A stretch of 64,000 bases of DNA from Oikopleura dioica. Lineage: Eukaryota > Animalia > Chordata. The translations under genes were made by a program, and so were the position numbers. The stretch spans positions 11,036,001-11,100,000 of the forward strand of contig OU015568.1 in assembly GCA_907165135.1 (NCBI GenBank), in the 5' to 3' direction. Shown piece by piece: positions 40,926-52,140 of this stretch; position 1 is the first letter of the stretch, and each line of letters starts with the position of its first letter. The notes under the pieces were generated by a model that ran no database searches, was not told the origin of the DNA, and saw only the letters and a list, made by a program, of their open reading frames with translations.

Positions 40926-42290
40926 ATGAGAGCTAAACGAAGAATTGCAACTATTCTGACAGGGGTTCTAGGAATATCTGTTATTTGTGGACTTGTAGCG
41001 GTTGCTATTTTTGGAATCGATAGTGTCTACCAGGAAAATAGGAAGACGACGTCCATATCGAGCTCAACCAGTAATGATTATATTCACAAAAACATTCGGA
41101 TACTAACCAAAACCTTAGCATCAGATACTGTTTCAAGTACACTGTCAACCGTACTTCAAGCCGAATCATCAGTAGCACTGACGATTTCAAGCTCAACTAG
41201 TAGTAATTCTTGCAAAGATTTGATTTATCATCGCTGTTTCAGGCAACGCGGCAAAAACAGAGACAAATGAATTTGAAACCGAAGCAACTACTAAAATCAA
41301 TACAGAAGAACCAAGCACAACAGGCTCCTCATCTTCAATTATTCCTACAACCTTCGATTTATCAACAGAACCAATACCTGAACAAACAACGAATAACCAA
41401 AAAATAACTTCACTAGAGCCATTGTTAACAAGTACCGAAGCAAAGCCAATTTATACGTCATCAACTACTACGACGATCTCTTCTTATCCATCTTTACGGG
41501 ATTGCCAGATTTTCTGCGAGCGAGGCACTCACTTTTCTAAGAAATTTTTACGGAGTTTCTTATAGGTGACTGCTCGGATATCCTCGGCAGTGGAACGTTA
41601 GAAGCCTGCACAAATGAACATGATGATTGCTTTGAGTGTTCACAACAAACTGATAGTACAAAACACTGCCACGGGTTTTGATAATTCCCTTTTCATAAAA
41701 AATATTTTTAATCATTGAATTAACCCCTAAAAGCGTCAAGTCAAAACTGGGAATCGGACCAAAAGTATGCGAAAATCTTTTCCAAGAGCTTGGAACTTCA
41801 GACAAATGCTCTGAACATACCACGTGCGAACCTATCCCACAAAAAAATAAATTCACCACTCTCTACTAAAAAAATGATAGCAATGCAAACCAATCACTAC
41901 AGTAGAAATCTCTCTCGTCATAGATGCCCAGTTTGGAGCTTGGCACTTGTGTTATCTAAGTAACGCCACTCTAACTTCGGTCGATCGCCTATCAACGTGC
42001 AGCAAGGATATAATTACGTCTAGATCATTTGAGGCAGATGTATCTTTTTAAATGTACGTTCGACAATTTCAACAAGATTTTCAAGAAAAAAATACTGTTT
42101 CAGTTGTAAGCTGCCTGCTTCTACGTTTTATCGGCTTATCGTATTCAATTTCAACATGCTGTTGCCCGAAACGTGCTCAAATCTATTTACCCCGACAACA
42201 GTGAAAAATGTTATAACATTTCGTTCCCTAAAGTTTTCTAAAAGCTTCGACAAAATTTATGTTATTGAATATAGCACGGATTAAAGACGG
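40926..42290 (+). CDS. Type II membrane Ser/Thr-rich protein with Cys-rich C-terminus (paralogue 2)
   Basis: MRAKRRIATILTGVLGISVICGLVAVAIF parallels paralogue 1; Ser/Thr-rich exons; Cys-rich exons (CSDILGSGTLEAC...CFEC). 3' end uncertain. Confidence 0.55.
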
Positions 42291-42781
42291 CCTTCGAGAC
42301 CTAATCTAATAAGCTATTAAAACAAGAGGGATTTATTTAAGGTTTGAAGTTATCGAAATACAGGGGTTGATGTTCTGAGAAGCAATTTTCTTTGAAAGAA
42401 ATTGTTTTTTTTTTGACAAATTTGCTTCACAAATTGCTTTAAAAATAATAGGCCTTTATTTAAGGTCGCTTCCTCTGTAAACCGTTGAGCGGATCTGAAT
42501 GCGATTCGCCCACTTTGCACAAACGTAGGCCGAAAACGAGCGCCGCTGAGATATCATGCACAACTCCGCGAGTCGAGTTCTAGCACCACCACGCGGAGCG
42601 AGCCACGCGTTTTTGCCCCGCACGCGCATTTCTGTCCTACATAACCTATGCATAGCTAAATCGACCCTAAATGCAATTCTTTCTTTTCTCCGGCAAAAAA
42701 ACTAAAAGAGAATAAAGAAGAAATAATTTGAAGAAACAACTTCAAAGAGACTTTTGATAAAGAAAAAAATTAAAGAAAAAA

Positions 42782-45700
42782 ATGAAGATATTTTGGTTCG
42801 CTGCGATTCTCAATAATGTTGGCGCTTTTATGGACTGCTCAAAAGGGTCTGATTCGGCAAAATCGAGCTTGGAGTTTGTTGTGACTCCCTTTTTCCCAAG
42901 GCGAACTGCAAGAGTTGTCCAGTGCAAATATACGTACGTACGGATTAATATACTTTACCAATAATTTGTCAATAAAGCTTTATGCTTGAGTCAAAACTCG
43001 AGAGTGAAACCTTTTGAAATTTAATTTCTTCATCACTTATTATTATATTAGCCTCAAAGCCCCAAATTGTCGGTCATTACATTGGCATCCATAACCCTTA
43101 CCCTGAACGTGACCCTTAACCTTAACTGGCCTCTAAGTAAACAAAATGATCGAAATTTAACAGAAAGTTTCAATTCATGGACTCTGAGTTATTTTGTCAT
43201 CAGATTATATTTACTACAGACATTTTTAACAAGCTGAAAAACACGTGTTCCGGCTTGGCGGCTTGACCCTGTTGACTGACAATTTACAAAATTCCCACAT
43301 TATCAAACACAAAACACAACTGTTTTAAAAGGCCTTTTCCTTCAAAAGTTGATAATATTTGCAAAATTCGTTCTGGAAAATTCATTTTCAAATTCCATTT
43401 GCATAATTATTGTCCGCCAATCTGTCCAACAGGTTCAAGTTGACGTGAGGATTTCCAGAATCTTTTCTTGCTTCTAAATTTTCTCCAATATCCGCATCTT
43501 TTTACATTCTTAAAGATTGATCAATCAAAAGTTTAACATAAAAAATTTTGAACAGGCCTCTAGAATGTGCGATAAGGCACCAGAAAGTCGTATCTTTAGC
43601 CTTGTTTATCAAATTTTAATCGAGGGGAGGGTATTTTTGCCAATGATTTATTCGTAGATAATATAAATTATCATAACCTTTTTTGGTCCCATTGAAACGG
43701 GGCACATTTGAATAAACACTCTAGAACTTTAGAACACCTTATGAAGACATCATAAGCGCCAAATTTTCATCTTCTTTCTCTTCTCTGCAAGTTTGAACTC
43801 ACCAGTTTTTCGCAACTTAATATCATCTAATTTTAGAATCATCTTTTTTAATTTTTGAATCCTCCGACAAACTTTTACGAGAGGACAATCTCAGAAACCT
43901 TAAAACAGCTAATTCGCCATTAGCCTGGGTCTTCGAATAGATTCATTTTCTTTAACGGAAAATGATAACGCTCGAGGTTTTTCTGAAACGTTATAAACTC
44001 TAATCTTTGATACTTCTCAAGGGAAGTCGTTCTTTCAATCGCTCAAAAACCATTATTTTTTTATGATCAGAACGTTTAGGCATTTTTCTAAAGTTGTTTC
44101 AGTAAGTTTTAATGCAATTATGTTCTGAAAGTAAAAGTCTTTTAGTAATCTTTGCTCTGCTCTCTAAGGAGAGTCTTATCCAAAAAAATCAAGACCTATT
44201 TAATAGCTGATGTTACGAGTAATCATTTGTTGCCACTGTCCTAAACTCTGGTTAAACTTTTAAATACAAGTTCGACACGTTTGTTTTTCCTTCTTTAAAA
44301 ATTTTAAGTGGCGCGTTAGTAATGACTTTTCCGCGTCGCTCAGAATCCCTTTTGCTCTGACAAGTGTCTCCGCCCCGCGGAAGTGCTCTTTTTTCACCCG
44401 TTCACCGAGAGTAGAATCCCTAAGCGTCTTTTTTGAAGACTTATCAAAATGACCTCAAGGATGTGATAAGAAACGCATTACCGGGAGTCCTATTTTTTTT
44501 TTGATTTTCGACTTTCAAAAGACGATTTTACGATCGAAACTTTTAAGGGGCGGGTCGACGAGAATCGGAATTTTTAAACCAATTTTCCCGAAAAACCCGA
44601 TTCTGTAAACATATTTTGACTTATCAGGTGAGAACAGAAGGGTATTTAGAAGACAGCGGCAACGAGTTTCACGAGTTTTTGCAGGAATTTCGTGCACTTC
44701 ATTACCAAATGTGGCATAAAAAAAATAGCGAAAAAATCGCAAAATTGCCAAAATTGCGATTTGGGGTCAACTTTGAGACACGATTACGCCCATTTTTTCT
44801 GGACAAAATTTTTTCTAGTTTTCGCCGCTGTATTTTTCAAACCCTTTTCTACTCACCTGACTAATCAGAATTTTTCATTCAAAGCTAGTTTTTCCGGAAA
44901 TTTGGTTGAAAAAATCCCGATTCTCGTCGACCTCCCCCTTAAGTTTGAAGTTTTAGCTCTGAGCCTTCTGAAAAATGTTCATTTCAGGATAACGTGTAAT
45001 TTCGGCGACTACATCAAGCTGATCCCAGATATCATCGAAATCCCGTGCAACGGAGACAATGGAATTTATGTACAAGAAAAGGGCGGAATGGCTGGCCCAT
45101 TTTGCGGGAAGAAACACATGCCCGCCTTTGTCTCAAAAGATGTTACAGTTGATATTTACATCAACATCGAAGCTGTAATTCCAGCTGTAAGTTTACTGAC
45201 TCTTTTTTATTATATTCAAAATCGATCATGGTTAGTGGATTCGTACCATTTCTGTTTCATAATATTTGAGTTCATCCGCGGTACTAATCCGCTCTTCCAT
45301 CATCTCTCTCTCGTTTAGAAGCGAATAAAATAAATACCCTCTGCGCGAGCATCCGGCCTCTCGCAATTTTCGGCAGCTACACCCTTATCTTTTTATCCGG
45401 CTAATAATTGGACTCTTACTGTTTCTCTCTAGAACGGTGCACGTGCGAAGCTAGGCTACAAAACTGTTTCAAAACCTGCCGGTCCACCAATCCGGGGTGG
45501 TCGCGGCTTGCCCGACTCGCTTAAATCCGGCCTAAATCGGCCAGATGCAAACTCCCAAACAGATCCGAACTTGGAGCGAAATAGGCAGTTACAAAAGTCG
45601 CAAGATGCCATGTACGAGGTTGAAAACGACCCAAGTGAATTCAGAAGAATGTATGACGCGAAGAATGCTAACCGTAAGTTCAGAGTACGAGGGCTTAGAT

Positions 45701-47028
45701 TTGTCAAGAGATTAAAGAGCTCCCTAGTAATCGGGTAGATCAACGGATTCGGGAGCGTTTTAGAGAGCGATATCTTTGATATTCATTGTAAAAATATATA
45801 GATCGGTAGATTGCGAAAATCTAAAATTTTGACAAACGCTTACAACTTACGCAGGCCTTATCAGTCAATGTGGCACTGCGGGGGATTATCAATTTGAAAT
45901 AACAGAGTGATACTGTCTATTAAAACAGAGAAGCCTCGTTGGTCGATCTGCTAGTTTTCGGAAGAATTGACAACTGACAGAGTGTGTTTTCTTCAAGATA
46001 AATTGTTTTACTTCAGTGACCGAAATAATTTTTTCACAATCACAAAAGTTCAAGATTGTTGACTTGTACGTTTTAGGCTGGATTTCTGAAACTTCCAACG
46101 AACGAGTCCAGCCCGTCAACACCTTTAACCGAGGTCGTGCTTACGATGATTATGGATCACGTGGACTCGATAGCGTACTTCTTTCGGGATCAAAGGATGG
46201 TCAAATGGCCAAGATGGCCGTTCCAGTTGTGGTTTTGATGATTCTCGTCGCCATCGTCGTTCCAATTATGCACCAACGCCGGCAAAAGATGAAGCAAGAT
46301 CTTCAAAAGGTAAATATCACCCGTTCAATAGTATTTATGCTATATTTAAAATAATTCGTGACGAACTAAGACATAAAAGAAAGAGTTCGTCATTTCGCGC
46401 GTGATTAATTTTCGAACGCGTTGGTTACCGTTTTCTATATTAAAGATCCAGCCAGAAGAAAAGAAAGCTCCAGCTGCAAGACCAAATTACTTGGATGATT
46501 TGAAAAAGGAACCTGATTTCATTCCCATCACTCCTCCAGAAACTCTCCAAAAGAAAGAAGAAGAAGCCAAACAGGTATTTCATAGTACAGTCCAAAAAAG
46601 TTCATAACAAGTTCGTTCTATCTAACTTTTAAGAATTCAATTTTATCTAAGAAAAACGCGAAAAGTACAGACATAATCAAAGTCCCTCCTGCTCCAGCAA
46701 ACACAATCTCCAACAAGAACGATTCCGGAATAGAAAAAACTGAAGAACAAGAACACAAGCCTGTTAAAACTATCTCCACTGAATCAAAAGATTCTCAAGG
46801 TACAATATTCCAGAAAACACAACATTTTCAAAGCTAGTTTCAGCGACAACCGCGCCTTCGATGATTTCTGAGGTGAAGTCGGAGACAACAACGACTATCG
46901 GTGTCTCTGTTTCTGGTCGCCCGGGTCGACCAAGGTAACGAAACTCGTTCAATTAATAAAATTATTCTCATTTTTTCTCATTTAGAAAAAGCTCGCAGCC
47001 AAAAGATGAGGATCGGCCTTCTTATTAG
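42782..47028 (+). CDS. Single-CUB-domain type I membrane protein
   Basis: Signal MKIFWFAAILNNVGA; CUB split by a 2 kb intron (VVTPFFP...QCKYT|ITCNFGDYIKL...GPFCG...TVDIYI); TM MAVPVVVLMILVAIVVPIM followed by HQRRQK; low-complexity cytoplasmic tail. Confidence 0.72.
43064..43285. mobile_element. About 220 bp MITE-like element with 13 bp TIRs and degenerate CCCTAA-like repeats
   Basis: aaattgtcggtca ... tgactgacaattt (1 mismatch); internal aacccttaccctgaacgtgacccttaacctta. Confidence 0.45.
44543..44942. mobile_element. About 390 bp foldback MITE flanked by TTAA (Kolobok-like)
   Basis: TTAA-ggggcgggtcgacgagaatcggaattttt... and ...aaaaaatcccgattctcgtcgacctccccc-TTAA; imperfect inverted identity extends about 125 bp inward (caggtgag...aagggt...acagcggc). 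Confidence 0.8.
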
Positions 47029-49890
47029 ATAAGAACATGAAACAACTGTTATTTATCTGTACATATTTCATCGCTTCAAAGTACCAAATAAAATCTCATT
47101 TTTTTCTTCTTAGATATTTTGTACTAATGTGTTCTGATAACATTGTTATCTTCATAATAATCGGCTGTAAAAATTCTCCTGTAACTTTCTCTCAGCATTC
47201 TCTTCTTTCAAGAAAAAAAATTAGTTTGCTTCAATATCGGGAGGTAATAAGAGCCCGTTCAAGATCGTTAGGCAGGGGTGTCGTGTTTGACCTTGGTCTG
47301 ATCTGAAGTGAGATCATCTTCCTGGAGAGGCGATCACCTGACCTGACCTGGCTCGCTGAGCGCTATGACAGGACTTTCTTCTTTGTAACAGAAAGTGAGA
47401 GATACTACTACATCATCACTGCGCGAAACAGAGAGAAGGAGAAAATAGAGAGAAGTGCTAGGTGCGGCGAGCCTCTTTGATCAGGCCAGCTGAGCAGTGA
47501 AGAACTCTTGGCACTTCCAAGCGCGCAAAGAAAAGTGCCGAAAACACATATATTTATTGCCAATTGGGAATTCGGAACTTATGAGTGGCAGCCTTGATTT
47601 ATTTTAACGAAGGTGAGAGTAAAATGATTTTTAAACTGAGATCGAAATGAAATCAACGAAGATTTTTTCGCCAAATTAGCTTTTTTTTCCTAAATCATAA
47701 TTATTTACCGAAAGCTGAAATCAAGGAAGACAGACCTCGTATTAGATGAAACTATTAAACAAGTCGGTATACTAAATTTGCACTTTCCGTTTTACTTCTA
47801 AACCATGCTTTGGAGCAGTTTATTGAGCTGAGACGGGTGCGACCTTGTTTTTCGCCACGGTGGACTTGTTTATGGTCCCATTACGGTGAAAAATCAAACG
47901 CCCCTGCCGATTATTACGATTTTATCGCCGCAGTTACGGTCCCATTCGGTAGTCGTCCGGAAATTGACAAAGAAACGGATCAAAGTTTCTTTCTGAGCTT
48001 TTCTGCGCAGATGTTTCAAGATATTGAGCTACACTTGATAAGTCGTAAGGAAAGATGCGCACTCTTGATTCAAATTGAGAATGTATCGTACTCTCCTCAA
48101 ACGCATTGCTCAGACTAATCCCGTCGGCGACAGAGTTATCCGCAGGATGGCATTGCACAAAAATAGCACTGAACGATGCTAGACATAAGAATTTTATTTT
48201 TCAAACTCGAACCAATATGATATTGGCAATATCAATTCTGTCACGAATCGGGATTCCCAGTGCTCAATTGTTTGAAGGAACATCTCCAAAATATTTGACT
48301 GATAAGAGCCTGCAAAGCAAGCGCGGCGGGAGATCCTGTGCGTCGATATCCCGCCGAGTGTCACCAACCGGTCAAGCAGAAAATTGGCTGAGTGAGTAGG
48401 TCAAACCGATTGCCCGGCGCGATATGCTGGCGCGCTCTGATCACAGCTTCGATAAGCAAAGAGGACAACAAACAGTCACGTGAGTTATCGGATCTCAAGA
48501 GGATGACGCGCCCATTCTTGAGACTCCCGTCCGGTGATAATTGACACTTCCTCCATTTGAATTTGACTGTAGAATTTCTGTTTGTGTTTTTGGAAGCGAG
48601 CTATCAATAAGTGTGAATTAACGTTTGAGGATTAAGAAAGAGGGTGAGGATCCGTAGCGCGAATCTTTATCAGTGGGAAGGGGCCAAGTGGTGAAAGAGG
48701 ATTACCGAAGATCTAATCAAGCTACTAAAGTCGAGGGGATGAAGCGCCTCGGAGGTTCAACCGTTCGGTTCGTAAGGTGCCGAACGGTTCAGATAGGACC
48801 GCCGCCAAAAGAGCTTTACTTACTGCAACAAGGCTTCGAATTCACATAGGCTTAGGTATTAAAATATGCATCTTTTTCAAGTACGTCAATAAATTATCAT
48901 CATCTTGGTCGGAAATCGCCGAGAAAATCGTTTCAAGTGGGCGTTGCGCTGGGCACACGCCCCAGGGCCACTTGATACGATAACCGCTTTGTATTAAAAT
49001 TTTAATATTATGTGTGCATACCGGTTGGTACAATTGGGTTCTATCCACTTTTGAATAAGCAATTTGTTCAAAGCAAAAAATCGATTTGCGCCTTTTCTTT
49101 TCTTCCGACCATGAATGAATAAGAAATAACATAAGAAACCCTTGAGATTGAGTCCGTTATTTCCTAAATGTCTGCCAGACGTCACTGAATATAAATTTCT
49201 TCAAAATTAATTCACTAGCAATCAGATTTTTACAGACGAAGAGTATGTATACTGTATACAGCTATTCGCGCCTACTGCGAGTCTAATGATGGATTAGCAC
49301 GCCCCTCAAAGGGAAAATTTCGATCATGAACGGGTCGCGCCGCTGTTGGTATTTTGAATTTGGCGCCAAAAAACGCGGTCGCACCGCGGGGCGTCTCAAA
49401 ATCGCCTTTCAGCCCCTGTAATGGGCGTTGACCGTTATGCCTGCTTGATAAGTTTACTCTTTCTAAAATCGGCCCTGTTTAGTGATCCGAAATGCATATC
49501 GAAAAACGGCAATAATTTTCGTTTATTTATTTTAGGATAGGCCTGCTTCATCAGAAGAGGCTACATAAATTCAGGAAATGTATTACGTCAACTAACCAGC
49601 TATTTGTTTGTTAAATCCGATATGATTTAGTATGCCAAGAAATTATGGTCTTCCTTTTCTTCTCTAGAACTTTTTGATGCAATTAAAATCGCTTTGTCCC
49701 TTTCTTTCATCCATACAAATGCAGCTAGAAACCGAGCGCATAATTTCTCCGCTCTAGCAGAAGCATTTCCGTTTTATCCGACTGCTTCTCCGACTTCCGC
49801 CTCTGTATCGGATAGCATATTTCTGTTCCGCTCAAGAGGAAATAACAAAACTGCGTGCGCCATTTCGCTGAATATCAGATTTGCTCAAAA

Positions 49891-51409
49891 ATGTCGTCGG
49901 AGCGAGACGGCGAAAAAGAAAGAAGAAGGATCAACCAGCTGGTTACGGACGCCAATCGTTGCGGTTGGCGCGGCGGAAACCGCCGTTCTTCCTCACCTGG
50001 GCGTCGCAATTCATAGCTCTTTTTGCAAATTGAGTAAGCTTATCAGAACAACGGGCCGCGAAAAAAGGTCACGTGTGAATTTTCTAGCCATGTTCCGGCA
50101 ACTTGTATTTCCGGTTGAACCAGAGCCAAATTTATCTGTATCATTTGAATGAAATGATATCATTGATATGATCCCTTGAATTTCGATCTGCATTTAAAAA
50201 AATGGCGAGTCATCATCACTTATCGCATTTTTTCCCAATATTTTGCTCTGAAATGCCTCTTTCGCTAACAAATTTTATCAGTGAAAAATTCTCGTGATGT
50301 TGAACTATCAGAATGATGAGCTTGTGATTTTACCGGATATCCAGGTGCTCCCACAGTCCGTTATCGAGGCTGTCGGTGAGAGTCCGACGTCCCGCGTGGC
50401 CCGACTTGTGAGTGCTTCTTTGCTGATAAGCAATTAATGATCCGGCTAATCAGCTGATTGTAGTAAAACTTGTCGCACAATTATTCTTTTGAGAGTATGA
50501 TGATTTTCTTCGTTAATCCCTTTTTTCTTCTTCCCACAGACATCTTCTCCTTCTCGTCATCATTTGTCTCTTGATAAGAAACTGCTGGTAAAGATCATTT
50601 AAAAACTATAAAACATATTTATTTTTCCTCATTTAAATATTTTTTGAGGGTTTTCCTTGCCATGTGATAAAAATAAAAAATCTGATCAATCTGATTAAGT
50701 TTTCAATTTCTGCACCCTGAAAAGGGCAGTTTACTCGAAACGCAACAAACCATAATTACAGGAATTCAAACCTTTGTTTGATCTCTCTGAACTCTATTCT
50801 GTAAGTTAACTCACTATTCCCTTATCATATTTTGATAATTAACAGATATTCCTATTTTTGAAGCCTTTGATAAGGCACTCTTTATCCAAACTAGTCTGGT
50901 CAATATTTCTAGAGGCACAGATAGACACAGCGAACCATAAGATCAACAGAATGACATACTTGTCACAATAATGAAAAAGTCAGAGAAGTTACATTCTTGC
51001 TAATTTAAATAAACTCGTACCAATTGAGTGCTTCACAATTTCTGACTCCTTCGACAGAAGGCGATTTTACTAAAACGGTTTCATAAGAGCCCATAGAAAA
51101 AGATTATTTTCCTAAAACCATAAGATCTGTCTTTCGGCATTCTTTCAGGTATTTTCGCAGGGAGGGGCGAAGTGAATGTAAATTTTGACACAATGATTAT
51201 TTTTACCGCCTTCGTTGAAAAAGGCATTCTAGATCCGAATCACAAGAATCAAAAAGTTAGATTTTCAGATGGATGAGCACGGGTAGCATTAATCCAAAGT
51301 AACTAGACAATATGTTTCCTACGTAGCTTATGAATTTTTCAACTCCCTACTGCGGAGTACACCATTCTCCAGAACGACAATCACCATAAACATGTTCTCG
51401 GACATCTAG
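49891..51409 (+). CDS. Candidate small multi-exon gene (about 80 aa), unverified
   Basis: Open, phase-compatible exons with AG/GT boundaries: 49891-49941 (MSSERDGEKERRRINQL), 50312-50407, 50540-50587, possibly 51269-51282 and 51373-51409. No recognisable domain. Confidence 0.28.
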
Positions 51410-51575
51410 AACCAAAATTTTTCTTCACCCAATTTAATCAGCCAAGTGACTTATCCATGTCTGGTACGAGTGCGCAGCCCCCACGCTAGGTTAGCTGTGT
51501 GTCTGCCGGTCCTGTCCTCTCTCACAAGATCTCCTTCACCAGGCGTCGGTTGATCACTTGAAAGCGAGCTCCCCC

Positions 51576-52140
51576 GAGTCCGATTTTCGATTGTCTAACT
51601 AACAGAATGGAGAGGATACGGGCCGGTTGGCAGACACTCGGTATCAAGTTTTGTACTTGGGGCCCATGCGGCCCCTCCAATACCCAATTTTACCCAAACC
51701 AATCGGTTTCTAGTGATTCTTAGACATAATCGGGCAGACCTTCTGTGTTTCATTGACTGTAAAGGTGGCAAATTTTTCCTGCACAAATGTACGGCAGGTT
51801 TGGTTAAGGGGATCCGTCACGATTTGGAAGTTTGTTTCGACTGGGCCGAGAAGCGCGCGCGGAGCTCTTTGAAGCACGGAGCCCCAAAAATCCGATCACA
51901 AATCAAAACGAGCTCCAAATTGACGCACCAAGAAGAAATAATATTTTTTAAAGATGGAAGGGATCGGCGCGTGCTTGCAGACCCGCTAAATCTCCTCCCG
52001 ATGAGATATTACCGATGACAAGTTTTGAGCAAAGGACCCTCTGCGTCGAGGGCTAGAAAAATTTGTTATCCTATAGATGAATGTTATTCTATTATGTAAA
52101 GCGTTATATGATGGCGATAACTCTTGTATTCAATAAAAAA
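51576..52140 (+). pseudogene. Spliced-leader relic followed by ATG and decayed intronless coding-like sequence (probable retrocopy)
   Basis: GAGTCCGATTTTCGATTGTCTAACTAACAG (51576-51605) matches the 3' 25 nt of the O. dioica SL exon as I recall it, with +T and a TAAC duplication; ATG at 51607; AATAAA near 52131. Confidence 0.55.

Noticed and set aside
44515-44950. ORFs 44515-44751, 44616-44864 and the 5' part of 44692-45318
   Set aside because: They fall inside the foldback MITE; both strands give the same KIPILVD-P-K peptide because of the inverted repeat.
47030-51000. Apparent cluster of GATA sites (WGATAR)
   Set aside because: My rough count of about 20 in 4 kb is only modestly above the roughly 14 expected from base composition.
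51576-51700. Functional SL RNA gene
   Set aside because: The 5' part of the leader is missing and there is no GT donor, Sm site or adjacent 5S rRNA; kept only as a relic.
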